A stretch of 64,000 bases of DNA, from NCBI RefSeq assembly GCF_009914755.1, contig NC_060930.1; one strand, written 5' to 3'. Below are positions 1-12,726 of this stretch, piece by piece. Numbering within the stretch: the stretch's first letter is position 1; every line of letters begins with the position of its first letter. Below the pieces are notes generated by a model. The model worked only from the letters and a program-made list of their open reading frames with translations. It searched no databases and had not been told where the DNA came from. The translations under genes and the position numbers were made by a program. The DNA comes from the human T2T-CHM13v2.0 reference genome, Homo sapiens.

Positions 1-1310
1 ATTCCCCATCCCCAACCCTATGTCTCCTTCCTTCCCCTTAATTACTATCCTGATTTTTACGTAATCACTTCTTTTATTTTCATAATTCATAACATGTTCG
101 TTGGAAGAGCTTCTACAGAAATTTTAATTTCGCCAATTTAGGTCGTGTGTGCAAATGAAATCATATAGTGTCTAAATATTATTTTGTATATGGGCTCTTT
201 CACTCAATGTTATCCTTATATGATCATATCATGCATGTGGCTGCAGTTCATACTGCATTGTATAAATATATAAATTAATTTCACATTTTACTATTGATCA
301 TTTGGGTTGTTTCTATTTTATAACTATTGTGAACAATTTCATTATGAACACTCTTCTAAATAGTTTTTAGTGTCCTGCTGAACAAATAAATATATAATTT
401 TTATATATTTATACAATGCAGTATAGAAGTGGAATTGCTTGGTCATAGGGAATGCACAGTTCAAACTTGTTAAACTTTAGTAAATAATGCCAAGTTTTTT
501 TCCCAACAGTTGTCCCATCATCAGTATATATGAGTTCCTGTAGCTTCAATACTTGACAGCAGTTGGTATTATTGGTCTTTTTTATTGTATCTATTTAGTG
601 GGCAGTGGTTGCTTCTCCCTGCGGTTTTAATGTGCATTTTTTTATTTCTCTTGAGACGGTTACATTTTCATATTTACGAGCTATTAATATCCCTCTATAT
701 AAAGTGCCTATTCAAGTCTTCTCTCTCTCTCTCTGTCTTTTAATGGAAAATCTGTCTCTTGTGTTTTTCTTATTGATTTGTACTTCTTTACAAAATCTGG
801 ATACAAACTCCTTGTCTGTTACAGGGTTACAAATTTTTACTGATATGTGGCTTGCCTTTTCATACTCTCAGTTGTTCTTTTTAAAAGTTCGTAATTTGAA
901 TGTGGCCAAATGGGAAAGGTTTTCCCTTGATTGTTAGTGTGCTTTGTGTCCTATTTAAGAAATCTTTCTCTAGAATGATGACATGAAGATATTCGCTTAT
1001 ATTATCTTCTAAAAGCATTATGTTCTATGCTTCACATAAGAGTCTATATGCTTCACATAAGAGTCTATAATGTGTGGAATTTATTGTTAAGTGAGTGATG
1101 TGATATAGGGTCCAATTCTCTTTTTATCTAGACAGATTTCTAAATGTCTAAGCACAAGTTTTTGAAAACAGTCTACTTGTTCTTCCTCCACTGCTCAGCT
1201 GTGCCATCTTTGCTTTAAATCACGTATCATTATACATGTGGGTATTCTCACTAGGTTTTAAAATTTTGTCTATTCTTGAATCCATGGCCATAGTTAATTA
1301 CTCTAGCATT
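1..1310 (-). mobile_element. Ancient L1 (L1ME-like) 3' end/ORF2 fragment
   Basis: Antisense L1M motifs (aaatgaaatcatatagt, tttgggttgtttcta, tagaagtggaattgcttggtcatagg, ggttttaatgtgcattt); highly diverged. Confidence 0.75.
1026..1067. repeat. Perfect 21-bp tandem duplication (tatgcttcacataagagtcta x2)
   Basis: Read directly from sequence. Confidence 0.95.
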
Positions 1311-1339
1311 TTTTCTTTGTAAAATTGAACTTAATTTTT

Positions 1340-1563
1340 ACTTTATTTTTGATTCAGGGAGTACATGTACATGTTTCTTACATGGATACAATATGTACTG
1401 GTGGGGATTGGGCTTCTAGTGTACCCATTATCCAGACAGTAAACATTGTACATATTAGATAATTTTCCAGCTCTCACTCCACTTCTACACTCCTTAATTT
1501 TGGAGTCCCCAGTTCTATTATTTCCATCTTTATGTCCATATGCATCCATTGGTTAGCTCTCCA
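1340..1563 (-). mobile_element. Short 5'-truncated L1PB-like 3' end
   Basis: T-rich tail then ggagtacatgtacatgtttcttacatgg...ttggagtccccag...tttagctct; ORF 1343..1549 is L1 3'UTR-derived. Confidence 0.75.
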
Positions 1564-1570
1564 TTTTTGG

Positions 1571-1827
1571 TATTTACCCAGTAGGCTACTAAGAACTATA
1601 TAGATGAGTGTTCATAATGGAATTTTTCACAAGTCATAAAATAGAAACAACTCAAATAATCAATGGTAGAATGTGAAAATAATTTTTATATATTTATAGA
1701 ATGCAGTATGGATGAACTGCAGCCACATCATGGTGTGATCATATAAACCTAACATTGAGTGAAAGATACTACACAGAAAATAATATGTATGCACTATATG
1801 ATTTCATTGATACACACTACACAAATT
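1571..1827 (+). repeat. Inverted duplicate of 135-388 (L1ME-derived)
   Basis: Reverse complement aligns by eye to 135-388 at roughly 80% identity. Confidence 0.85.
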
Positions 1828-1867
1828 CTACATTTTCATACTAGAATGTGAAACAACATTGACTTTT

Positions 1868-2235
1868 AATTTATTTTTATTTATTTATTTTTTAATTTTC
1901 ATGAATTTGGGGTACAAGTGCAGTTGTTTTACAAGATATATTGGGTAGTGGTGAAATCTGGGCTTTTAAAGTACATTGTACCCAACAGGTACAATGGAAT
2001 AATGTACATTGTACCCAGTAGGTAGTATTTCAGTTCTCACCCCCCTCTCATCCTCCCATCTTTTGGAATCTTCAGTATCTATTATTCCACTCTATATGTC
2101 TGTGTGCACCCATTGTTTAGCTCCAACTTATAAGTGAGAACAGGCAACTTTTAACTTTCTGCTTCTTAGTCATTTCTCTAAGGATAATGATGACCAGCTC
2201 CATCCATGTTGCTGCAAATGACATGATTTTATTTT
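1868..2235 (-). mobile_element. L1PB (L1PB3/4-like) 3' end, continues at ~6140
   Basis: T-rich tail, ggggtacaagtgcag, tttagctccaacttataagtgagaac, ends acatgattttattt; sequence resumes in register at 6140. Confidence 0.8.
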
Positions 2236-3880
2236 ATTTTTTTTAATTTCCAACTTTTATTTTAAGTTGTGGGGTACATGTGCAGGATGTTCAGGTTTGT
2301 TACATAGGTAAATGTGTGCCATTGTTGTTTGCTTAAGTGCAGCTTCCATTAGCTATTTTTCCTAATGCTCTCCCTTCTCCCATTCCCACCATGTGACAGG
2401 CCCCAGTGTGTGTTGTTCCTCCTATGTGTCCATATGTTCTCATCATTAACTCCCATTTGTAAGTGAGAACACATGGTATTTGGTTTTCTGTTTCTGCATT
2501 AGTTTGCTGAAGATAATGGCTTACAGCTCCATCCATGTCCCTGCAAAGACATGATCACGTTCTCTTTTATGGTTGCATAGTATTTCATAGTGTATATGTA
2601 CCACATTTTCTTTATCCAGTCTACCATCGATGGGCATTAAGGTTGATTCCATGTCTTTGCTATTGTGAGTAGTGCCACAATAAATATATGCGTGCATGCA
2701 TCTTTATAACAGAGTGATTTATATTCCTTTGGGTATATACTCAGTAATGGAATTGCTGGGTTAAATGGTATTTCTGCCTCTAGGTCTTTGAGGAATCGCA
2801 ACACTGTCTTCCACAATGGTCGAACTAATGGTTTTTTCCTTGTAAATTTTTTAAGTTCTTTATAGAGTCTGGTTATTAGACCTTGGACAGATGGATAAAT
2901 TGCAAAAATTTTCTCTCATTCTGTAGGTTTTCTGTTTACTCTGTTGACAGTTTCTTTTGCTGTGCAGAAGCTATTTAGTTTAATTAGATCTCATTTGTCA
3001 ATTTTTGCTTCTGTTGCAATTGCTTCCACTGTCTTCACCATGAAATCTTTGCTCATGCCTATGCCCTGAATGGTTTTGCCATTCATTTCTTCTAGATTTT
3101 TATAGTTTTTGGTTTTACATTTAAGTCTTTAATCCATTTTGAGTTTATTTTTGTATATGATATAAGAAAGGGATCCAGTTTCAATTTTCTGCATATGGCT
3201 AGCCAGTTCTCCCAACACCACATATTAAACAGGGAATCCTTTTCCCATTGCTTGTTTTTGTTAGGTTTGTTGAAGATCAAATAGTTTAGGTATGCAGTCT
3301 TATTTCTGGGTTCTCTATTCTGTTCCCATTGGTCTATGTGTCTGTTTTTGTATGGGTGCCATGCTGTTTTGATTATTGCAGCCCTGTAGTATAGTTTGAA
3401 GTTGGGTAGCATGATGCCTCCAGCTTTGTTCTTTTTGCTTAGGATTGCCTTGGCTGTTTGCGGTCTTTTTTGGTACCATATGAATTTTAAAATAGTGTGT
3501 TTCTAATTCTGTGAAGAATGCCAATGGTAGTTTAATGGGAATAGCATTGAACCTATAAATTTTGGTGGGCTCTATGGCCATTTTCACAATGCTGATTCTT
3601 CCAATCCATGAGCATGGAATGTTTTTTCATTTGTTTGTATCCGCTCTGATTTCCTTGAGCAGTGGTTTGTAGTTCTCCTTGAAGAGGTCCTACACTTTCC
3701 TTGTTAGCTGTATTCCTAGGTATTTTATTCTTTTTATGGCAGTTGTGAATGGTTGTTCATTCATGATTTGGCTCTCAGCTTGACTGTTGTTGGTGTATAG
3801 AAATGCTAGCCATTTTTGCACATTGATTTTGTATCCTGAAATGTTGCTGAAGTTTCTTACCAGCTTAAGGAGATTTTGGG

Positions 3881-4172
3881 GACCTGGTGTGGAAACTCAC
3901 ACCTGTAATCCCAGCACTTTGGGAGGCGGGGGTAGGTGCATCACTTGAAGTCAAGAGTTTGAGATCAGCCTGGCCAACATGATGAAACTGAGTCTCTACA
4001 AAAATTAGCCAGGTGTGGTGGGTCACACTTGTAATCCCAGCTAGTTGGGAGGCTGATGTGGGAGGATCACTTGAACCCAGGAGACAGAGGTTGCAGTGAG
4101 CTAAGTTCATGCCACTGCACTTCAGCCTGGGCAACAGAATGAAACTCCATCTGAAAAAAAAAAAAAAAAAAA
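3881..4172 (+). mobile_element. Old Alu (AluJ/AluSz-like), full length with A tail
   Basis: Dimeric Alu sequence, poly(A) at 4154-4172, degenerate TSD aaggagattttggg / agaagctgttggg. Confidence 0.95.
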
Positions 4173-4464
4173 GAGAGAGAAGCTGTTGGGCTGAGATAAT
4201 GGGGTTTTCTAGATATAGGGTCATGTCATCTTGTAGACAAGGATAGTTTGACTTCCTCTCTTCCTATTTAAACACACTTTCTTTCTTTCTTTTAACTGAT
4301 TTTCCTGGCCAGAACTTTCAATGCTATGTTGAATAGGAGTGGTGAGAGAGGACATCTTTGTCTTGTGCTGGTTTTCTAGGAAGAATGCTTCTAGCTTTTG
4401 CTCATTCAATATGATATTGGCTGTGGCTTTTTCATACATGGCTCTTATTATTTTGAGGTATGTT

Positions 4465-5437
4465 TATCGGGGAACCCACCTCCAATATTTCAACATAGAT
4501 TCTTTCTATTTTCCCTAAGTGTCAGTTGACTGAGAAATAAAGAGACACAGTACAAAGAGAGGAATTTTATGACTGGGCTGCAGGGGGTGACATCACATAT
4601 TGGTAGGACAATGATGCCCACCTGAGGCTCGAATCAGCAAGTTTTTTATTAAGGGTTTCAAAAGGGGAGGGGATGTAATAACAGAGAGTAGGTACAAAGA
4701 TCACATGCTTCAAAGGGCAAAAAGCAGAACTGCTGATAAGAGTCTATGTTCAGTGGTGCACTTATTGTCTTGATGAACATCTTAAATAACAGAAAACAAG
4801 GTTCAAGGGCAGAGAACCGGTCTGACCACAGATTTACCAGGGCGGAGTTTTTCCCCACCCTAGTAAGCCTGAGAGTACTGCAGGAGACCAGGGCGTATCT
4901 CAGTCCTTATCTCAACGGCATAAGACAGACATTCCCAGAGTGGCCGTTTATAGACCTCCCCACAAGGAATGCATTCCTTTCCCAGGGTATTAATATTAAT
5001 ATTCCTTGCTAGGAAAAGAATTTAGTGATATCCCTCCTACTTGCATGTCCATTTATAGGCTCTCTGCAAGAAGAAAAATATGGCTCTTTTTGCCCACCTC
5101 CACAGGCAGTCAGACCTTATGGTTGTCTTCCCTCATTCCCTAAAAAATCACTGTTATTCTGTTCTTTTTCAAGGTGCACTGATTTCATATTGTTCAAACA
5201 CACATGTTTTACAGTCACTTTGTACAGTTAACACAATTATCACAGTGATCCTGAGGTGACATACATCCTCAGCTTACAAAGATAACAGGATTAAGAGATT
5301 AAAGTAAAGACAGGCATAAAAAATTATAAAAGTATTATTTGGGAACTGATACATGTCCATGAAATCTTTACAATTTATGTTCCTCTGCCGTGGCTCCAGC
5401 TGGTCCCTCTGTTCGGGGTCCCTGACTTCCCGGAAGA
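4465..5437 (-). mobile_element. MER11 solo LTR (HERV-K11/HML-8)
   Basis: Right end is the reverse complement of the MER11 start (TGTTGCGGGAAGTCAGGGACCCCGAAC), left end tatcggggaaccc; perfect 6-bp TSD tatgtt at 4459-4464 and 5438-5443. Confidence 0.92.
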
Positions 5438-6139
5438 TATGTTTCTTTAGTATGTAGTTTATTGAGAGTTAACATGAAGAGATCTTGAATTTTATTGAAG
5501 GCCTTTTCTGCATCTATTGAGATACTCATGTGGTTTTGTCTTTAATTCAGTTTATGTGATGAATCACATTTATTGATTTGCGAATGTTGAACCAACTTTG
5601 AATACCAAGGAAGAAGCCAATTTGATCGTGGTGGATAAGCTTTTCGATGTGCTGCTGGATTCAGTCTGCCAGTATTTTGTTGAGAATTTTTGCATCAATG
5701 TTCATCAAGAATTTTGGCCTGAAGTTTTCTTTTCTTTGTTGTATCTCTGCCAGGTTTTGGTATCAGGATGATGCTGCCCTCATAGAATGAGTTAGAGGGG
5801 AGTACCTTCTTTTAAATTTTTTTGGTTAGTTTCAGTAGAAATGGTACCAACTCCTATTTGTACCTCTGGTAGAATTCAGCTGTGAATCCATCTGGTCCTG
5901 AGCATTTTTTTTGGTTGGTAGGCTATTAATTACTGCCTCAATTTCAGAGCTCATTATTGGTCTATTCAGGTATATAATTTCTTCCTTTTTCAGTCTTGGG
6001 AGGGTGTAGGTTTGCAGGAATTTATCCATTTCTTCTAGATTTTTCTAGTTTATGTGCATAGAGGTGTTTATAGTACTCTCTGATGGTTGCTTGTATTTCT
6101 GTGGGGTCAGAGGTGATGTTACCCCTATCACTTCTGATT

Positions 6140-7830
6140 CTTTATTCTTTTTATAACTGATTAGTATTCAACCGTACATACAATTAGTATATATTTACAT
6201 GATGTTTAAAAAACTATCATCCTCTGATGGACACTTAGTTTGAATCTGTGACTTCGCTATTGTAAATATTGTTTGCTGTGATAAACATGTGAGTCCACGT
6301 GACTTTTTGATAAAATTCTGTTCCTTTGGGAAGACACTCAGTAGTGGAATTGCTGGGTTAAATGGTACTTATATTTTCATTCCTTTGATGAATATCCAAG
6401 CTGTTTACAATAGAGGTTGTACTAGTTTACATTCTTCCCAGCAGCATATAAGCCTTCACTTTTCCAACATTCTCTCCAACATCTATTGTTTTTTGACTTT
6501 TTCATAATATCCATTCCAACTGGTGTGAGACGGTATCTTGTTGTGGTATTAATTAATTTGAATTATCTGATAATAAGTAATGTTGAGATTTTTTATGTTT
6601 GTCAGCTGCTTGTATGTCTTCTTTGGAAAATGTCTATTCATGTTTTTTTTCCCACTTTAAAACAGGGTTATTTAGCTTTTGTTATTAAGTTGTTTGAATT
6701 CCTTTTAGATTCTGGATATTATCCCTTTGTCAGATGCATAGTTTGCAAATATTTTCTCCCTTTAAATTATTCTCTTCTGTATGTTATCTGTTTACTCTAT
6801 TGATTATTTATTTTGCTATGCAGAAGCTTTTTTGGTTTAAGTCCTATTTGTCCATTTTTGTTTTTGTTGTGTCTCTTTTTGAGGACTTAGTCATAAATTC
6901 TTTCCATGGACTAATGTCCAAAAGAGTTTTTCCTTGGCTTTCTTCTAGGATTTTTATAGTTTCAGGTCTTATATTTAAGTCTTTAATCCATCTTGAGTTA
7001 ATTTTGGTATACGGTGAGAGATAGAGGTCCAGTTTCATTCTTCTGCATTTGGGTAGCCAGTTTTCCCAGCACCATTCATTGAATAGCATTGAATAGGATG
7101 TCCTTCCCCCATTGTTTCTTTTTGTTGAGTTTTTGAAAATCAGTTGGTTGCAGGTATGTCTTTATTTCTCAGCTGTGCAGTCTGTTCCATTTATCTATGT
7201 GTCTGTGTTTTGTACCAGTACCATGCTGTTTTTGTTACCATAGCCTTATAGTATAGCTTGAAGTCAGGTGATGTGATGCTTCTAGCTTTGTTCTTTTTGC
7301 TTAGGATTGCTTTGGCTATTCAAGCTCTTTTTTGGTTCCATATGAATTTTAGAATTGTTTTTTTTCTAATTATGTGAAAAATTATGTTAGTAATTTGACA
7401 GGAATTGTGTTGAATCTGTAGATTGCTTTGGGCAGTATGGTCATTTTAACAATATTGATTTTTCCTATTCGTGAGAAGGGAATATTTTTCCATTTGTTTT
7501 TGTCATCTACAATTTCTTTCATCGGTGTTTCTTGTTCACCTTGTAGATATTGTTCACCTCCTTAGTTAAATGTATTCCTAGGTGTGTGTATGTGTGGCTA
7601 TTGTAAACACAATGAATTCTTGATTTGGTTCTCAACTTGAACATTGTCGATGTACAGAAATGCAGCTAGTATTTGTATGGTAGTTTTGTATCCTGAAACT
7701 TTACTCTGATGATCTTTTGAATTTCTGTGATATGTGCTGTGATGTCACATTTATCATTTTTGATTGTGCTCACTTGAAACTTCTCTTTTTATCTTGGTGA
7801 ATCCAGCTACTTGTCCATCATTTATCCTTT
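6140..7830 (-). mobile_element. Continuation of L1PB (ORF2 3' part), ~1-kb internal deletion near 7706
   Basis: ORF 6844..7089 is ORF2p-like ([37 protein letters not shown]). Confidence 0.85.
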
Positions 7831-7859
7831 ATATTTGAAGCAAGAGAGAATATTATTTA

Positions 7860-10800
7860 TATTTTCTTGAAAAATCTTAAAATAGGTTTATTCATTTTGT
7901 CAAGAAGCATCTTTTGGCTTTATTTATTCTCTAGTGTGTATTTATTTTCTATTCATTATGGTCTGTATTTGTCTTTATTATTTTCTTCTTTTTTATATTT
8001 AATGTGTCTTTTTACTAAATTTTTTGAAGTGAATGACAAGATCGTTAATTTGAAGACTTTCTTATTTTCTGACACATGTATTTTAAACTACACATTTTTA
8101 TATAATAACATTTATATAAAATATGTAAAATTATTTTGGTCATTAGATTTATTTTTTCTAGTTTTCATTATTATTATACCTATGACTCATGATTAAACTA
8201 TAACTTAATTTTCCAAAAGATTGGTATCATCTAATAATTTTATTATTATTAATTTCTAATTTAATTTTACTGTTGTGAGGACATAAACTGTGATTCTAAT
8301 CCTTTGAACATTCTCAAAGACTTGCTTTAAGTCTCAATAAATTGTTCAACATTTAAATATATTTCATATGTGCTTGAAAATAATGTGGATTCTGTAATTT
8401 TCCAACTATGTTCTGTATAGCCTTGGAGCAGTTTTGTAAATCTTTTGTTCAAATATTCTAAAGATTTACTGAGTTATAGTCTTTTCATTTTATGAGTTAC
8501 AGATAGAAGCATATTAAAAATTCCCAGTTAGATTGTTGATTTAGTTTTTACCTTGCAGTCTGTCAATTTTCAATTGTGAAGTACACACCACACACCTACA
8601 CACACACTCACAGACATAAAACCATATATATCTTATATTTGTGTCATTTAATTCATGTATAGAAATTTAGAATTTAAAACTCCTGTATTTTCACTGTGAA
8701 TGGAATCTGTAATGATTTTAATTGTCTCTATTTACTACTGATATTCCTTTCCTTTAAAGTGCCTTTTTTTTTTCAAATATTGCTATAGCTGAACCACCTT
8801 TATTTTAGTCAATATTTGCATGGTATGTCTTCTTTATTCTTCAGTTTACTTATGTTTTACATGTGTTTCTTACACATAGAATGGAGCTTTATTTCCAGAA
8901 TATAACATTATTTGTAAAATTCACCTAATTGTCCAATTACTTTCAGTGTGATTGCTAATATTAGTAACTAGTGAAATACTAATGTTTACCATGTTAGTGA
9001 ATACTTCATACTTCTCCTGACAGTTCTATAATCCATGTTCATAATGTTCTTAACTTCCTTTAGGATGATTCTATATTTTTTATTATTAACTTGCTTTGCT
9101 TTGTCATTTGTAAACTATAAGTGACTTTATTATTATTTTAGTGCTAATTCACATTACATGTCCTTGGTTAATTAAAATCTAACGTTCATTGCCAATACTT
9201 TCCTCTTTTCAGCCAACACTAAAACCTTATAATATTTTAGTTTTATTTACTACTTTTATGATTTTTAATTTATTTTTAATAATACTTATGTATACTCTGT
9301 TATTAATATGCTATTATAAATATTATTATTTTATCTGGTCAGTATTTATTTATGTTTATCACACATTTACCTTTTGGTTTCTTTTTATTCTTTCCTGAGT
9401 CTTTAACCTTCCATAATATTTATGATTTGTTTCAGATGAAAAATGTCTTTATTATAATATTTCTTTCAGTGCAATGTCTGCAGTATAATATTTTGTTTTT
9501 GAGTTTTTGAACAGAACATTTCTTTCTTTCACTTTCTTTTTTAAAATTTATTTTTATTAGTATAGCATTTTTTTCTGGTAATGTTTTCTTTCACCACTAG
9601 GAATGTGTCATACCACTGTCTTTGGCTTCCATTTTTCACATAGAAGTGACTTGTAAGTTACTCTTTGTAGACTATCTCTTTTTTTCTGGTTAGTTTGACT
9701 ACATTTTCTTTGTTGTTGTTTTTCTGTACTTTTATTATCATATTTCTAAGTGTGAATTTCTTGAACCTGGAGGTTAAGTTGAATTTCTCGAATATGCTTA
9801 CCAAATGTGTAGCTTGATGTCTTTTATTAAATTGAGAAAAATCTTAGCCACACTCTGTACGTTGATTCTACTCTATTTCTTGCTTTCCTCTTTTCCTGGG
9901 ATGCCAATTATATGTATGTTATATCTTTTTACCATGTGCCTCTTTCTTTATTTCATCTTTTCTGCTTGTTCGTGCTTTTACTTCTACTTATTTTCTTCTA
10001 ACTTTATTTTTTAGTTTCATAATTAACTCATCAGTGCTATGATCTCACTACAACCTTCCTAATTTCAGTTACTATGTTTTTCATTTCTATATTTTTGGCT
10101 CCTTTCCCACAGTGCTCTAATTTCAGCTGTGTGCTTTAATTTTCTGTCTAATTTTTATCTCCCTAATGTAGTGATAACCTTATGTTAAAATCTGTCTGAT
10201 TATTTTTATTTCTGGAGCTACTGCTTCCACCATTAGTTGTTTTGCTGATTTTATATCATGTTGCTTATTATATTTATGTCTCTTTTAATTTTTCATTTTG
10301 TACTGAATAGTTTGTTTGAATAGAATTAGGAAGATTTTCTAGATAAAAACAATATCATTTTGCTCCAGGAAGGATTTTGTTTGTTTGGCACTGACACCAC
10401 TAACAATGTGGTATCATTATAATTCAATTTCAATAATTAACATTTTGGGGCATATCCAGATGATTTGAAGTTTAGCTATGGTCTGTGCAGAGACTGTTGC
10501 ATATTAAATTTTTGTTTATTCCCTGAGTGCAGCCTTTTGCCATTATAACTACACATAGTGGGTGGGTTGCTAGACATTCCACTCTTCATGGGCCTTGTGC
10601 TTCAACTTCTGTGGCTTAGATCCATGAAACTCAAAAATGCTACCCAATTTATCACTTGGTTTCTCATATCAATAAGTAAATATGTCAGGCCTCTTTCTTG
10701 GTCTCCTGTTTCTCACTGCAGTGTCAGTTCTTTGACAACTTCTGGCAAATTCTATTAAATGTCTAGGTTTTCTAATTTTCATTATTAGCTATTTTGGTCC
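7860..10800 (-). mobile_element. Ancient L1M (L1ME-like) ORF2/ORF1/5' region, probably the same element as 1-1310
   Basis: T-rich diverged antisense L1 motifs (tgtgcttgaaaataatgtg, atatttgcatggtat, cactgtctttggcttcc). Confidence 0.6.
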
Positions 10801-10894
10801 AAATTATCTAAGTTTTCTGTTATCTTAAGTCAGTGTCTTATATATTTTATAATTCAACCTAGATATCTATATGTTTCAATTATCTATTAGAAAA

Positions 10895-11130
10895 ACTGCA
10901 TAGAACTGAAGTTAAGATTATAGCCTGTGGATCTTGATTGCCTGGGTTCAAATCATACTCTGAGACTTCCTGGCTCTTTGGACTTGAGAAATAACTTCAT
11001 CTCTCTATGCCTCAGTTTCCTCATCTGTAAAGAAGGGACAAAAGTGTATTTCATTTATATTAATATTTATGAAGCATTAAAAACCATTTGACTTACATGA
11101 CTTAAAGTATTACAGAATATTATAAAGTTA
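10895..11130 (+). mobile_element. MIR SINE
   Basis: cctgggttcaaatc ... ctctatgcctcagtttcctcatctgtaaa core. Confidence 0.8.
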
Positions 11131-11324
11131 GTACTTGATCTGTGATGACTGCAACATGTTATTTTATGCATCTTTCCTTCTTAATATTTCTTTTTTGGCC
11201 AAACTTCTTTCAAAGTTTTGTAACTAAATCTTGCCTTCCATAACCAAAAAATTACTCACAAAGATGTTTTTCTAAAAGTCAACAAAATGGCTGGAATTTT
11301 TATGGCTGGTACTACACCTGAACA

Positions 11325-11647
11325 TATAGATACATATGTGTATATGTGTGCGTGTGTGTGTTTGCTATTAGATATATATAAAATAACATTATATATAATG
11401 CTATATAGATATGTGTATATATTGGAATATATATACATATATAATGTAAACGTGTGTGTGTATGCTATTAGATATAATAGCATTATATATAATGCTATAT
11501 AGATATGTGTAAATATTGGAATATATATACATATATAATGTAAACATGTATATATGTATATATAATGTATACATATGTATATATATTCCAGTATATACAC
11601 ATATCTATATAGCACATATATATGTATATGTGTATATATATTCCAAT
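11325..11647. repeat. TA-rich block: ~95-100-bp tandem duplication plus 40-bp inverted repeat
   Basis: Units 11351-11450 and 11451-11544; arms 11493-11532 and 11575-11614. Confidence 0.9.
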
Positions 11648-12559
11648 GGTTTTCCCTTTCTGTTATATATAAAATCATATAATGCTAGAGTTAGAGTTAG
11701 AGGGGACATTTCAATTCAGTGATTCCAAAACACTTCTTCAACTATGTCAGGATCCTGTGAATGATTTTCTGAAAATCGGTCTGGGAGCAGGTCATTGAGG
11801 ACATTAAGATGTATTAAATCTGGAAGAGTTTTCAAGAATTGAACTCTAATACATATTGTTTCCATTCTGCTAAATCAAGCTGCCTTCCCACCTTAATCCA
11901 TTATGACTTACATTGTTTTAAAGTTTAGATACCAGTTATTTTTAGAAGCAAAATACACATACTTTTTTGTTGAGAAGATAATGTATTGTCATTATCATGC
12001 TATCATAGTTTAGTATTTTAAACCTCTGTGTTTAAATTATTTTCACTTCAGTGTCAAAATATGGGAAAAGTTTATTCTGATTAGGGTCTTCTATTTAACT
12101 TTGTAGTATGAAGAAGGCCTTGAATGAATTACTTACTTCTTCCCACGCTCTACAAAAATAAAACCCCACAAGGAATTACTTGATCAATTTTGAATTCTAT
12201 AAACAACATTCCTATGTACACATTTTAAATACAAGAGCATAAAAATGATAATGTGTTCATTAAGAATGTATTTATTTTTGGCTTAAGTCCTACTTCTTAT
12301 TACCTTAAAAGCTGATCATGGTTTTCAAATCAGGTTTAGGGAAACACAGTAAAAGAACAAAAATAAATGTATAAATTTTACTCACATCGTATGTCAATCC
12401 CCTTAAGCCGGGTTAGAGTTTCTTGAGACAATGTAGCAGAAGCATTTTTTTTTTTGCTCCCACACTAAGAATGCATTTAATGAAAGAACAGTCTCACTAG
12501 CTTTTCCTGACAGGTCCTGTCCTGCCCAACTTGTTCAGTGCTTTCATATCAGGTAATAT

Positions 12560-12726
12560 TTATCCTTCAGGGCACTTATCACAATTGCAGCTGCTCTGCA
12601 TAATTATGTGCTGTCTTTTCCAAAAGACATTAAACATTAAGAGAATGGAAAACTAATCTTATTTGACCACCACTTATCCTCAGGACCAGTCAAGTGTCAG
12701 CATATGGTATGTGCTCAATAAATAGT
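12560..12726 (+). mobile_element. L2 3' end fragment
   Basis: gcacttatcacaatt ... catatggtatgtgctcaataaatag. Confidence 0.55.

Larger units (their letters stand above)
2236..6139 (-). mobile_element. 5'-truncated L1PA (approx. L1PA10-13) nested in the L1PB; interrupted by Alu and MER11; ~250-bp internal deletion near 2830
   Basis: ORF2p-like translations at 3092..3412, 3315..3587 and 5832..6029; L1PA 3'UTR motifs at 2240-2600. Confidence 0.9.

Noticed and set aside
3865-4224. 119-aa ORF, and similar ORFs at 50326-50718 and 60916-61155
   Set aside because: Typical Alu-derived translations.
11256-11722. Overlapping Y/I-rich ORFs
   Set aside because: Artefacts of the TA-rich repeat.
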